From Mobula birostris (taxonomy: Eukaryota): 64,000 bases of DNA. The DNA lies in NCBI RefSeq assembly GCF_030028105.1, contig NC_092370.1, positions 136,935,522 to 136,999,521 of the forward strand, read 5' to 3'. The translations under genes were made by a program, and so were the position numbers. The notes beneath the pieces are model-generated. The model was not told the DNA's origin, did not search any database, and was given only the letters and a program-made list of their open reading frames with translations. Below, piece by piece: positions 12,476-25,869 of this stretch (position 1 is the first letter of the stretch; each line of letters opens with the position of its first letter).

Positions 12476-13710
12476 ATATAGAAACCATAGAAACCATAGA
12501 AACTACAGCAGAGAAACAGGCCTTTTGGCCCTTCTTGGCTGTGCCGAACCATTTTCTGCCTAGCCCCACTGACCTGCACACGAACCATATCCCTCCATAC
12601 ACCTCCCATCCATGTATCTGTCCGATTTATTTTTAAATGTTAAAAAAGAACCCGCATTTACCACCTCGTCTGGCAGCTCATTCCACACTCCCACCACTCT
12701 CTGTGTGAAGAAGCCCCCTCTAATGTTCCCTTTAAACTTTCCCCCCTCACCCTTGACCCATGTCCTCTGGTTATTTTCTCCCATTGCCTCAGTGGAAAAA
12801 GCTTGCTTGCATTCACTCTATCTATACCCATCATAATTTTATATACCTCTATCAAATCTCCCCTCATTCTTCCACGCTCCAGGGAATAAAGTCCTAACCT
12901 ATTCAAGCTTGCTCTGTGACTGAGTTTCTCAAGTCCCGGCAACATCCTTGTAAACCTTCTCTGCACTCTTTCAACCTTACTTATATCCTTCCTGTAATTT
13001 GGTGACCAAAACTGAACACAATACTCCAGATTCGGCCTCACCAATGCCTTATACAAGCTCATCATAACATTCCAGCTCTTATACTCAATACTTTGATTAA
13101 TAAAGGCCAATGTACCAAAAGCTCTCTTTACGACTCTATCTACCTGTGACGCCACTTTTAGGGAATTTTGTATCTGTATTCCCAGATCCCTCTGTTCTAC
13201 TGCACTCCTCAGTGCCTTACCATTAACCCTGTATGTTCTACGTTGGTTTGTCCTTCCAACGTGTAACACATCACACTTGTCAGTATTAAACTCCATCTGC
13301 CATTTTTCAACCCATTTTTCCAGCTGGTCCAAGTCCGTCTGCAGGCTCTGAAAACCCTCCTCACTGTCTACTACACCTCCAATCTTTGTATCATCAGCAA
13401 ATTTGCTGATCCAATTTACCACATTATCATCCAGATCATTGATATAGATGACAAATAACAATGGACCCAGCACTGATCCCTGTGGCACACCACTAGTCAC
13501 AGGCCTCCACTCAGAGAAGCAATTCTCTACCACCACTCTCTGGCTTCTTCCATCGAGCCAATGTCTAATCCAATTTACCACCTCTCCATGTATACCTAGC
13601 AACTGAATTTTCCTAACTAACCTCCCATGCGGGACCTTGTCAAAGGGCTTACTGAAGTCTATGTAGACAATATTCACTGCCTTCCCTTCATCCGCTTTCC
13701 TGGTAATCAC
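12476..13710 (-). mobile_element. CR1 LINE, 5'-truncated, subfamily B
   Basis: [13 protein letters not shown] and KFADDTK RT motifs; (TTTCTATGG)n tail at 12476-12503; frameshift near 12780. Confidence 0.95.
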
Positions 13711-13890
13711 CATCCATCTACGTGCCATGTATTTGTACCTGCTTTCAGTGAGCCTCTGTCTCATGTCTTACTCCTACCAGGTGATCTAGTGGAGTGACTG
13801 AATGGCTGTTGGTAATCTCGTGGCATTCCATGAAAAAGGCCATAGATGACCTTGCAGAATCACCACAAACTGCTCTGGTTCAGGACACCT

Positions 13891-13990
13891 CAGTCTTTAT
13901 GAAAGATCCCGACCTGAAACGTCGACTCTTTATTCCGCTGCACTGATGCTGCCTAACCTGCTGAGTTCCAGCAGAATTTTATGTGTATTA
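13891..13990 (+). mobile_element. Penelope terminal unit with degenerate hammerhead
   Basis: cagtc-TTTATGA-aagatcccgacct-GAAACGTC-gact, followed by the conserved downstream unit. Confidence 0.7.
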
Positions 13991-14871
13991 ATCTGGTTCT
14001 AAAGGACCTGGATTCAGCTTTCTCCTATCTTGGAGGGCTGACAGAAATAGTGAAATCTTATGCCGCCATCCTGAGAGTAGTTATCAGACCGGTGCTTCGT
14101 ATATCTAGAAATCCAAGAAACTGTTTGGCTGATAGATTGGAGGATGTATAGGAAACTCTGAAAATACCACCAGCATCATCACTGGGGAGTCAGAACCACC
14201 AATGCAGCATTCTAAGGCATTTAGTTCTGCTAGAACAGAAATTCAGACACCGGAAAATGTCTCATTGTTATGTGACAAAGTGGATTTCTGACTTGGCTGC
14301 TACTTCCATCACTAGAAGTAGTAATTCTAGAAGCAATTGGGATTGATTTTGTTATCCTTAAAGCTTTCTTTGAATATCCAACAATTATTAGATATTAAAA
14401 CCCAACACATTTTGCTGCATCACCCTAAAATATCCTGAGAACAGCTTCCATTCCACTGGCATAATTTGTGACAATGTGGCAGAAATTCTTTAGCTTATTT
14501 GCTACTGCCTGACAGGAACATTACAGGTGGCAGATCAAGAATGCCTCCAGAGAAATAGATAATATGCTGAATACAAAATTGTCAAAAAATGACACAAAAG
14601 AAAGCAAAGATTAAAGATGAATTGGAATGACGAAATGATTTTCTTCCTGTATCTGTTGAAATGCTTGGCTGCCCAAGAACAGATTAAGGAACTGAATAAT
14701 CACAATTACATGCCATCATTTGGGAATTAATATCCCCTGTGATCCTCATGCCAGATTCACAGACAAGTGAAAAAAAATTAAACTCCAGTGACAGTATAGG
14801 AATTTTAAGTACATCATGGACTATTGAGCAACCATAATCCAAGACTCTCCACAATAAAAAAAAACTCAGTA

Positions 14872-14920
14872 TGCACTCAAGTGGCTACCTTATTAAGTAC
14901 CTCCTGTCCCTAATAAAGCC
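14872..14920. mobile_element. Tc1-MITE terminal TIR-TIR hairpin fragment
   Basis: cactcaagtggctaccttattaagtac-ctcct-gtccctaataaag, matching the hairpin end of the other Tc1 copies. Confidence 0.65.
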
Positions 14921-15382
14921 AAAACTTTTGAATAGGGCCCAAGTACAGAGAGAGAGGCACACTGAAGCAGGTTGACAGTTCACTAATTTTAGTGAGAATT
15001 GTTGCAGTATTTAAAGAAAAAGGAAAACAGTAAACACTAACCAACAGTGCTGTTAATTAAAACTCTCAAACTGAAAGTTAAATTCCAACACTGTGGCTGA
15101 AAGCAATGCCTAAATACTAAAGGAATACTGCTCCTTTACAGCGTCTGTCGAAGTGGTAGTCCCCTTTTCCAGACTAGGACAAGGGTAAGCAGGGAACGTA
15201 AAAGTTGCTGTGTTTTTGGTCACATCTTGACAAGACTAGAATGAAAAGAAGGGAGTTAAATACCGCCATAATGAAACAGTAATTTGCTGTAACGTGCTTC
15301 TCATGAGCACAATTGGCAAACCTGTTGCACAGCTCGCAATCAGGGGCACTTAGAGCCTGCATCGGGATCCGTGGCTGTGACA
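14921..15382 (-). mobile_element. Solo-LTR-like fragment
   Basis: Minus strand starts TGTCACAGCCACGGAT; homologous to 16750-16949 (TGTCACAACCACGGAT ... GTATTTAACTCC). Confidence 0.55.
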
Positions 15383-15519
15383 AATAAACCACACCATTTC
15401 AGAAATTCATCTAGGACCTTTCACTGGGATTTGTACTAACACTAACAACTCCAGCATTTGGAAACATTGAATGGAGTGTGATATTGTGTTACAAAACTGG
15501 AATTTGATATTCAAGCTCA

Positions 15520-16052
15520 TGTACCTTGTAAGGTGGCCAATGAGTCTACATTCATGGTCTTCTGCTGTTGTAGCTCATCCACTTCATGGTCTGAGGTGTT
15601 GTGTTCAGAGATGCTCTTCTGCACCTCAGTGTTGTATCACGTGATTATTTGAGTGAGTTTCGCCTTCCTGTCAGTTTGAACCACTCTCTTCTGACCTCTC
15701 TCATTAACAAGGCCCCTTTGCCCACAGAACTGCCACTTATTGGATGTTTTTTTTTCTTTTTCGCAAATGCTCTGTGAAGTCTAGAGACTGTTGTGTGTGA
15801 AAATCCCGGGGGAACATCAGTTTCTGAGATAATCAAACCACCCTGTCTGACACCAACAATCATTCCATGGTCAAAAGCACTTAGATCACATTTCTTCCCC
15901 ATTCTGATGTTTGGCTTGAACAACAACTGAGCCTGTTGACCAGGACTGCATGCTTTTATGCAATGTGTTGCTGCAAAATGATTGGCTGATTAGATATTTT
16001 TATTAGCGAACAGGTGTACAGATGTACCTAATGAAGTGGTCACTGGTGTTTA
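15520..16052 (-). mobile_element. Tc1-derived MITE carrying the transposase N-terminal HTH remnant
   Basis: MGKKCDLSAFDHGMIVGVRQGGLIISET; TIR-like ends. Confidence 0.85.
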
Positions 16053-16749
16053 TTCCAAACCACAAAATATTTCTTGTCGTTTCTATCAATTACAGATAAA
16101 AGGCTATTTCATGCAATCATAGATCAAAAAGGAAGCTTTACATGATGCTGTGCCTGTGCTGATTTTTAATAGAGTTAATCTTTTATTTCCACGCATGCGC
16201 ACTTTTTCCATAGCATTGCATTTTCTCAAATCTCCTCGATATCCAGGCAGTTAATGATACAACAATATTGGTCAATCTTTTGATTGCCTCGAACTTCGAT
16301 TTCAAAATTAGTTATCAATAAATGAAAGTCTATTTTTCATATTGGGTTAAAAAGCAGCTCCTTTAAAATTGAAAATACTCATGGAAGATAGAACATTTGA
16401 TCAGATAGCAAAAAAATTGAGCTGATTTTAAAAAAGTCAAAACCGGAAGTGAATGCAGTGGATGTGGACTAACATTATGGTGCTGAACGTGGTTGTGGAG
16501 AAATACTAAAACGCATATGGCAAGGGTAAAAGAGCATTGATTACAGAGTCTGATAGCTGAGTGCATGTGGTTGTTTCCAATCTTCAGTTTTTGTTGCCTC
16601 TGCTATGCCTTCAGGGAATTATTCCATGTCTTTAGATCATTCTGTATTGGATTAGGTTTTACAAAAGAACAGAATACTGCTGAGTTGCTAGAGTACTAAT
16701 GACAGAACACCACCATACAACAAAGGAACAGACTCCGTCCAAGACTTTG

Positions 16750-16949
16750 TGTCACAACCACGGATTCAGCAGCACAGTAAATACGGCAATTGCACTTGTG
16801 ACTATGCATGTGTCAGCTAATTATTATTTAATTGTGATAGTATTTAACTCCATACTTGTTGTCATAGTGCGTGCCGAGACTTGGACACAGCAAATGCTTT
16901 ACTGCTTGCATTCCATCTTGCCTGAGAAATTGGACTGTCGAGTCAACTG
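16750..16949 (+). mobile_element. Truncated LTR-like fragment, same family as 14921-15382
   Basis: TGTCACA start and shared internal motifs. Confidence 0.5.
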
Positions 16950-17558
16950 ACAAACCATAAACACAAGAGATTCCGCAGATGCTGGAAATCTCCATTCGTG
17001 GTGAAGGGTCCCTGGCTGAAATATTGACTGTTTATTCCCTCCATAGCTGCTGCCAGACATACTGAGTTCCTCCAGCATTTTGTGTGTGTTGCTCAAAATT
17101 TGAATTATTTGCAGGGCAAAACCAGCAGTATACCTTTTATTCTTAATTGTTCTTTTCAGCTGCAGTGTAGGCTTCATTTACCATTTGAGAGTTTTAATTA
17201 ATGGCTCTGTTTGGCCTAGCGTTTAATGTTTTCTTTTCCCTTTAACACTATTCTCATTAAAGTCTGTGAACTATCGACCTGCTTCTGTGCCTCACACACC
17301 GCACTTGGGCCATATCCGAACTGTGGGGGGGGGGGGGTGACACTTTCGTTCTGACACCAGCAGATATCATGTCCCGTAATCTCAGGATTTGCCCTGCAAA
17401 TAGTTCGAATTTTGAGCAACACACACAAAATGTTGGAGGAACTCAGCATGTCTGGCAGCAGCTATGGAAGGAATAAAGAGTCAACATTTCAGGCAGAGAC
17501 CCTCCACCACGAATCGAGATTTCCAGCATCTGCAGAATCTCGTGTGTTTATGGTTTGT
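16950..17558. repeat. Long inverted repeat: 171-bp arms (16950-17120, 17388-17558) with a 267-bp spacer
   Basis: Arms are reverse complements with roughly 90% identity by eye. Each contains a rearranged Penelope terminal unit plus some non-Penelope flank. Confidence 0.92.
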
Positions 17559-17749
17559 ATTTTGAGTTTGGATTGTTGTTAAGTAGAGTGAAAAGATTTA
17601 TCAAATAATATCAGCAGGAGTAGATACCATCATTTCTATGCAGATCTCTTTAAGAACAATCTGGTTAGTTTTATCAGTTGTCTATCCTTATCGAATTCTT
17701 ACAATGTCATTGAAGGATTTCAACTCACATTTTTTTTATATTGCCTTAT

Positions 17750-18220
17750 GACCCTCTACCGATGTACCATGGAGGATATTCTCTCTGGCTGCATCAACTT
17801 CTGGTATGGAGAAGCTGTAGAAAGTTGTAAACTCAGCCAGCTCCATTGTGGTCACTAGCCTCCCAAATAGCCAAAACACCTTCATAAGGCGATGACTCAA
17901 AAAGTGGCATCCATCATTAAGGACCCCATTACCAGGACATGCCCTTTCCTCATTGCTACCACCAGGCAGGAGGTACAGGAGCCTGAAGACAGACACTCAA
18001 CATTTGAGGAACAGCTTCTTCTCCTCTGCTATCAGATTTCTGAATGGACAATGAACCCATATCACTACTTCAGAATTGATTTCTCTCTTTTTGCACTATT
18101 TATTTTAATTAATTATTTTATATATACTTGTCATTGAAATATATAGTTTTTGTAATGTAGTGCTGCCATACAACAACAAATGTCACAACATATGTCAGTG
18201 ATATTAAAGCTGATTCTGAC
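17750..18220 (+). mobile_element. Rex1/Babar LINE 3' fragment
   Basis: GCI..WYG and KVASIIKDP remnants, plus 3' UTR. Confidence 0.75.
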
Positions 18221-18469
18221 AATGAAAGAGGTCATTTGTCCCATTCAATCATTGCCCTCTCTCAGAGTAATCCCACCAATCACATTTCCCCACTTGCCTC
18301 CTGGTCATCTAATCTCTCCTGCCCATTCAAACACGGTCACAGGAAGAAGCTGCAAAGCCTACAAAGAAAATAGCAGGTTTGGATCAAGTATGCCAATACT
18401 GCAGCTTGGTGTCTTCAGCATTCTCTTTTGCACCACCGTGTAACAGATGCACACCACCATTGTAAAATG

Positions 18470-18880
18470 TCATTATTTGAGTTACTATCCCCTTCTGTCA
18501 GCTTGAACCAGTCTGGCCATTCTCTTCTGACCTCTCTCATGAACAATGCATTTTTGCCCACAGGACTGCTGTTCACTGATTTTTTTGTAGTTCACACCAT
18601 TTTCTGTGAATTCTAGAGACTTATGTGTGAAAATCCCAGAAGACCAGCAATTTCTGAGATAATCTAACCATCTCATCTGGCACCAACAATCATTCCATGA
18701 TCAGTCAGTTAGATCATATTTCTTCCCTGTTCTGATGTTTGATCTGAACAACAACAGAACCTCTTGACCATGTGAGCATGCTTTTTTTACTTTGAATTGC
18801 TGTCATGTGGTTGCCTTATTAAATATTTACGTTAACAAGCAGATGTACAGGTCTACCTAATAAAATGGCTACTGAGTGTA
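18470..18880 (-). mobile_element. Tc1-derived MITE, partial
   Basis: ERGQKRMARLVQADR; TIR ends at ...ctactgagtgTA (18880). Confidence 0.85.
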
Positions 18881-20221
18881 TTCAAAGAAAGAATTACATG
18901 AAAGTGATCATTCCTGTATTTTATTAATTAATACACACATGAAAGGGGAAAAGAACATCAGCAGGCACAGACAACTTGAGCTAAAGTCACCTCAGGCAAT
19001 TTAATTGTCAGATATTTTAAGGAAAATTGCTGGTGCTCCATGATCAACTCACTGTATAAAAATCAGCTCATTGAAAGAATTACATCTTTCTCCAAGCAAA
19101 GCAAAATCCTTCAGCTATCACCCAAGAATAATCAAATAAAGGTATATATTATTGGAAATATTTCTCAAGACTGAGATTCTGGCCATAAAAGCATTATGTT
19201 TGTCAGTAAAAGAGTAGTTATGGTCATGTCAATAATCCATGACATCATGTATTCCCTGCAGAAGCCATTTATAAAGGTTTAGATAAAAGGCAGCTAGAAC
19301 TGCATCATCTGATCCACTGGGAATTGAAGTTTATAAATGGCTTTCAACATAAATCTTTTACAAAAAACATAATAATTACAACCAACCAGTGTTGAAGAAT
19401 TAACAGAAAATGCAGTGGTTACCAGGGACAATTGAGGAAAAAGCTGACTGACTAAATGATTGGCACTGACAATCATGTGAAACCTTGTTACACAGCCTCA
19501 CAGTCCACCTTCTATTATTTCTGAGTCTAACTAAAGACCTAAGAATTGGTGCCTTGGTAGTTTACTCTGTATTTTGTGTTCTACAGTTCCTGTTGTGCTG
19601 TGAAAATGAAAGGGACTGTTAAGTACATGTGTTTTGTCTGAAGGGAAAAAATACCTGGAGTTGCTTAGCACTTTAGCACACGTTTGTTTATTAGGTGTGT
19701 CAAAAATCAAACTTACAAGAATATTAACTAGAGGGTATCTACCAGAAAACATAATAATGACTTCATACTATTTTGTCCCATATGAACTCCTGGTCTCTCT
19801 CTCCCACTGGAGAAATGAGCCCCATTTGTTACGCACCAGCATATGCCAGCTTTAGTTGCCCACAAAATTAACTTAATTGATTAGAATATGACACACCCCA
19901 CAATGTAGTTACACTCATATTACAAAATAAACAGAAGGATCTACCTTAAATACAGTATACAAACAACATATACACATTACTAAAGAAATGAAATATTTCA
20001 CCAAGCTAGCATGCACTGGTGTACTAGTGCCTAACCTGAGTGCATCAACTCAGTTTAGGACTCATTATGAGAATATACTGGGGAAGACAATAAAGTGAAC
20101 ACACTCAGTGTAAGGGTGGCAGAATTTCAAGGCGATGTTTCTTTGTGCGTGTGTAAAGAGAGCATTTACCGAGTGCTGTCCATCACAGGGACTTAAGGAT
20201 ATCTTTTTCTTAAGTAACTCT

Positions 20222-20640
20222 GGGCCTGTACTCACTGGAGTTTGGAAGAATAAGGGGGATTTCACTGAAACCTATCGAATACTGAAAGGCTTAGATGGAG
20301 TGGACATGGAGCAGATGATTCCAATAGTGGGAGAGCCTAAGACCAGGGAACACAGCCTCAGAATAGAAGGACGTCCCTTCAGAACAAAGTTGAAGAAAAG
20401 TTTCTTTCACCAGAGGTTGGTGAATCTGAAATTCATTGCCATGGATAGTGGTGCAGGCCATATCATTGGGCATATTAAAAGCAGGGGTTGGTTGGTTCTT
20501 AATTGGTAAGGGTCAAAATTTAAGGGCAGGAGAGAGGAAAATTGGTTTGAGAAGGATGATGGATCAGCCATGATGAATTAGCAGAGCAGACGCAATGGGC
20601 TGAACTGCTTAATTATGCTCCTCTGTCTCATGATCTAAAT
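20222..20640 (+). mobile_element. Old CR1 3' fragment
   Basis: GDFTETYRILKGLDGVD...KTREHSL, plus 3' UTR. Confidence 0.85.
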
Positions 20641-21412
20641 GACTAGTAAGTGCAAGGAGTCTTGGCTGTGATTGGATCATTGAACAGAAAATAAAACTTT
20701 GAAAATTTGATATGGATCAGTCATTTAAAATTTAATGTTTTTAAAATAATTTTATGGACATTTTCTGGAGTGTCAATACATCTTTTCACTTAAGATGGAA
20801 AAAAATCAATTATTAATCTTTTCCTGATTCAATGAATCCATAGCTAAGGAACATGTGCAAGGTCATTAGAAGCAGATAGGACCACATAAGCTGTGATTTT
20901 CTAGCTGCTGATGAGACCCTGAACACCAGGCTCAAACTCTGGGCTTGTCAACTCACCAGCACTTTTGCCTCCTGTTTTCATGAACATCTGATCCTGGGAT
21001 CTACTGACATGGGACAGCCTGACAATCACGCATGTCCTTTCTCACCCACCCACATCGCTCAAATTCAAGCCTGGTGAAGAGGCCTCGACTCCAGGTGTCC
21101 TTCATTCTGTGTCTATGTTGTTGGCCTTTGAACATAGAGTGGAAACCTCAACTTCATCCTTCATCATCAGCCCATGTCGCTGGCCTTTGAATGCTGAGCA
21201 TGGATCAGAGAACTGGATTCCAGTCTTACATCTAACTCTCGCACATCCCTGTCTGTCTCTAAACCCAACTGGACTCCTAACTCTGACCAAGACCTTGCAC
21301 ATTATGAATGCTTTGTTGAACTTCAAATGGATCTGCAGCAAAGTACTTAGGAACACAGAGCTAACAGGGAAATATAAAAGGTTGTAGAGAATGATGGTGA
21401 GATAAGAACATA

Positions 21413-21550
21413 GAACATAGAATAGTACAGCACAGTACAGGCCTTTCGGCCCACAATGTTATGCCCACCCTTAAACCCTGCCTCCCATATAACCCCCCAC
21501 TTAAATTCCTCCATATACCTGTCTAGCAGGCTCTTAAATTTCACTAGTGT
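21413..21550 (-). mobile_element. Short CR1 3' end, subfamily C
   Basis: Near-identical to 25920-26065; TSD AGAACATA (21405-21412, 21551-21558). Confidence 0.9.
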
Positions 21551-21649
21551 AGAACATAAGTCATGGAAAAGGACGGTGCTAATCAAATCTTCTCCATTCA
21601 GCAGTTGTTCCTACTGTCATCATCCTGGGAAATATCATATTATTCAGTT

Positions 21650-22228
21650 GAAAGCTGGTTGCATCACACCCTGGTATGAAAACACCAATGCCCATGAATG
21701 GAAAATCCTACAAAAAAATTGTGGAAACAGCCCAGGCTATCACAGGAAAATACTTACCCACCACTGAGCTCATCTGCAAAGAATGTTGCCAGAAGAAAGT
21801 GCATCAATCATCAAGACCCCCCAGCATCCGGGGCATGCTCTCTGCTGACTGCTGCCATTGGGAAGGACATACTGGATCCTTTGGTCCCTCACCACCAGTT
21901 TAAGGAACAGTTATTACTCTTCAACAACTGAACCAGTGTGGATAACTTCACTCACCTCAACACTTAACTGATTCTACAACCTTTGGACTCACTTTCAACG
22001 ACTCAACAACTCGTGTTCCCATTATTATTTCTTAACTTTTTTTTTTGTTTTTGTTTATATTTGCACAGATTGTCTTCTTCTGCATATTTATTGTTTGTCA
22101 GTCTTTGTGTGTAGCTTTTCATTGATTCTGTTGTACTTATTTGTTCTACTGCAAATGACTTCAAGAAAGTGAATCTCAGGGTAATATATGGTGATGCATA
22201 TGTACTTTGATAATAAATATACTTTGAG
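21650..22228 (+). mobile_element. Rex1/Babar LINE 3' fragment
   Basis: GCITPWYENTNAHEWKILQK; tail tactttgataataaatatactttga. Confidence 0.8.
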
Positions 22229-22393
22229 TTAGTGGTAAGTGAAGTGGAATACAATAGTGACCATTGCGGCACAATGCCACACCACTTCTGAAGTTCATTG
22301 GGATGTGAACTGATCGTACAGTTCCAGCAACTGGTGACATTGATAGGAGCGTGACACTGTGTTACGGAGATGAAATTTGATATTCAGTCAATA

Positions 22394-22640
22394 TAGCATA
22401 GTGATTAGCACAATGATTTACAGTACTAGCGACCCGGGTCCAATTCCCGCCACCGTTTGTACATCCTTATCGTGACCTCGTCGATTTCCTCCAGATGCAA
22501 CGGTCTCCTCGCACATTCTAAGCACGTACGGTTTGGTAGGTTTATTGGTCATTGTAAATTGTCCCCTGGTTATTCTAAGTTTAAACTGGGGGATTGATGG
22601 GTAGACTGGTTTGAAGGGCCAGAAGGGCCCACTGTATCTC
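22394..22640 (+). mobile_element. HE1/V-type tRNA SINE with CR1-derived tail
   Basis: A/B boxes, V-domain-like core, gaagggccagaagggcc tail. Confidence 0.7.
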
Positions 22641-23860
22641 ATCTTTTATAAACCTACTGATTCCTATGTTTATCTTGCCTAAACTTCTTTCCACACTGTC
22701 TACTGTAAAAATGCTATTCCTTTTTCTCAGTTCCTTTGTCTCCATTGCATTTGCTCCCAGGATGAGGCTTTCCTTTCCAGGACATCAGAGATGTCTCCCT
22801 TGAAAAAATGTGGCTTCCCTTCTTCCATCATTGATGCTGCTCTCAGCCGTATCTCCTCCAATCCTGAATGCCCACACTCACTCTATCTTCCCGCCAGATA
22901 AACAGTGAAAGAGTTCCTCTTGTCCTTACCTACCACCCCGTGAGCCTCCACATCCAACACACCATTCTCTGCAAAGTTTGCCATCTCCAAACAGTTTCTA
23001 CCACCAAACATATGTTTACCTTCCCTCCACCTCCACCCCGTCCCTGCTCTCTGCAGTGATTACTCCCTCCATAATTCCCTTGTCTATTCCTCCCTCTGCA
23101 CTAATCTTCCTCCCGGCACCTATCGCTGCAAGGGGCTAAAGTGGTACGCCTGCCAATTCACCTCCTCCATTATCTCCATTCATTGCACCAAAAGTCCTTC
23201 CAAGAGAGGCAACACTTCACATGTGAATCTGCTCTGGTCACTTATTGTGTCCAGTGCTCCTAATGCAGCCTCTTTTAATTGGTGAGATCTGTCGTAAATT
23301 CAGGTATCACTTCGTTGAGCATCTTCATCCCATCTGCCAAAAGTGGAACTTCCCGGTAGCCAAACATTTTAATTCTGATTCTTCTCGCTGTTCCAACATC
23401 TTGGTCCATGGCCTCCTCCACTGACTTGATGAACCACCTCATGGTGGAGGAGCAGCACCTTATATTCCATCTGGGTAGCCTCCAACATGACGGCATGAAG
23501 ATTGATTTCTCCTTCCGGCAAAAAAACATTCACTCCTCCTCTCCTCTTCTTCTGTACCCCACTCTAGCCCCTTACCACTTCTCAACTGCCTATCACCTCC
23601 TCCTTACCTTTCTCATATGGTCCACTCTCCTCTCCTATCAGATTGCTTCCTCTCCAGCCCTTTACCTTTCCTACCCACCTGGCTTCACCTATCATCTTCT
23701 AGCTTTCCTCCTTCCCCTTGCCCCACCTTTTCATTCTGGCATCTTCCCCCTTCCTCTTCTGTCCTAAAGTAAGGTCTCAGCCCAAAGTGTCGACTGTTTA
23801 CTCATTTCAATAGATGTTGCCTGACCTGCTGAGTTCCTTCAGAATTTTGTGTGCATTGAT
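22641..23860 (+). mobile_element. Penelope-like element, 5'-truncated (RT thumb, GIY-YIG endonuclease remnant, terminal unit)
   Basis: IFYKPTDS...CKNAIPFSQFL...ICSQDEAF, VPLVLTYHP, FTCES..VTYCVQC, EEQHLIFHLGSLQ; degenerate hammerhead at ~23760-23800. Confidence 0.88.
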
Positions 23861-25082
23861 TCCTGAGAGTTAAGTTTGCTGATTCCTTCAGGAGTCTGTA
23901 AAATCACTAGCTTGTGTCGACAGTTCAAAAGTGCATTTCTAAAAGGAAAATTACAGGCTGCAGATTACGTTTACCATTGTAGATCATAGTTGGTATTGGT
24001 ATTGGTATTGTATGATGTGGTTATAACAAGAGGCAAAACGAGCTGACAGGTTTCAATCTCATGGGCAAAAACTATAACCGAAATAGAAATGGTCACAAGC
24101 ACATTCAAATCGGTGTAGTTAATTAAACAGGTACTCAGAAAGCAATTTTATTTACATGGCGATTCTTCATACCCCCAGTATCTCACATTCAACATGCTCT
24201 GATGCTTTGCTACTGAAAAGCATGACAGTCAATGCCAACAGAGCAAGATCTCACCAACAATAAATAGGATAAATATGCTGTTAAAAAGGTTAAATTAAAC
24301 ACCATGGAATTCAGAAGGAAAACCTCCTCAAGAAAAGAAAACTAAAGTGGATTAAAGTTCAAATATAACTTATTATTCATACAGTTGGTTCCCTTTAGTA
24401 TATCCAGATAAACAGTTTAAATCAAAATACTGAAATAGTTTTGCTTCAGGGGAAAAAAAAAATATGAGGAGAAAAACAATCAAAGAATTTCTGTCACAAC
24501 CAACAAATCACATATCTGGGATCGAATTACGCGCCTTGCAGCTTAGCTGGCGATTATTCAATGAAAAAACCTAAAGGAAGAAATTTCCACATCATGTCAT
24601 AATGGGTCTCTTGGACAGTGCAAAGATTAGGTTAAGTATGTGATCGGGGAATCAGTCAAAGACATTTCCTTTTAATGTTTCCACATTTCCGGATAATTGC
24701 CTTTGAAAACTTGCCTCTACCCTGAAGATGAGGTGTGTAAAAAAGGAGAAAAAAGGCTAAGAATTCTGTTGTATCTATGAACATTTTTGTACTGTACATG
24801 ATTTCCTCCTTTCCTCCACACAAGTACAGCTAAACACAACATTTAACAATCTTGCCAGTGCTGCGCTGGGCTAGCTGACATGCATAGGATGTAGAACAGG
24901 CAACACCACTCCACCTGCCCCATCCTTCTTTTGAAGTTGCCTGTCAAATTGTATCACGCCTGTTTAAGAAGCATCACAGGTGACTCATATTGAAACTTCC
25001 AACGATCTCCCTGTTAATGGTGCTTGGATTATTGATACAGGCGATCACTCACTGCTGTGGTGGTGTCAGCTGCATTTCAGTT

Positions 25083-25525
25083 ATAGAGACATAGAATGGA
25101 CAGAACCTGGGAGTGGGTCCTTTAGCCAAACTAGTTCAAGTTTCCCATCTAAGCAAGTCCTATTTGCCCATATTTGGCCTATACTCCTCAAAACGTTCCT
25201 ATGAAGTACCAGTATAAATGTCTTTTAAATGTTTACATTGCACCTGCCTCAGCTCATTCCGAATAGCTACCACCTTCAGCATGAGGCATTTGTCCCTTGG
25301 GTCTCCATTTAACCTTTCTCCTCTCACCATGAATCTATTCTCTCGAGGTTTTGATTCCCTTTCCTTTGGAAAAGAATTGTGTGCATTCACTGTATCTATG
25401 CCCCTCATGACTTTGTACACCTCTCTTTGGTCACCTTTCAATTTCCTATGCTCCAGTGACCGAAGGACTAGCCTGCCCAAGGTCTCCTTATAATTTTTGG
25501 CTCATGAATCCTGGCAACATTCTTG
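25083..25525 (-). mobile_element. Old CR1 3' fragment
   Basis: SLEHRKLKGDQREVYKVMRGID. Confidence 0.8.
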
Positions 25526-25869
25526 CAAGTTCAGAGAGTACAAAAGGTGGAAGTTCAGCCATTTCACTGGTGCTTTCATTAGTTCTACAGGGTGCAGCAT
25601 GGACAGTACCTGTAGCAGAGTGGTCATTGGTTTGGGATGTTTAAAGGTTTTGGACACAAGAAGACTCAACCCTGTCAGCTTCATCCCCAACTTGCACACA
25701 AAACCACACATCGTCCTCCAGATCTTCATGGAGCAATATATCTAGTTATGAAATTTTCCAGGTTCTTACTGTAGATCGATGGATGGTGGTTGCTATGAAC
25801 TTGGTGAGCCACAGGGCCTGTTTCTGTGTTCTACCTCTCAATAACTCCATGAGCACTGGAACAGGCCCA

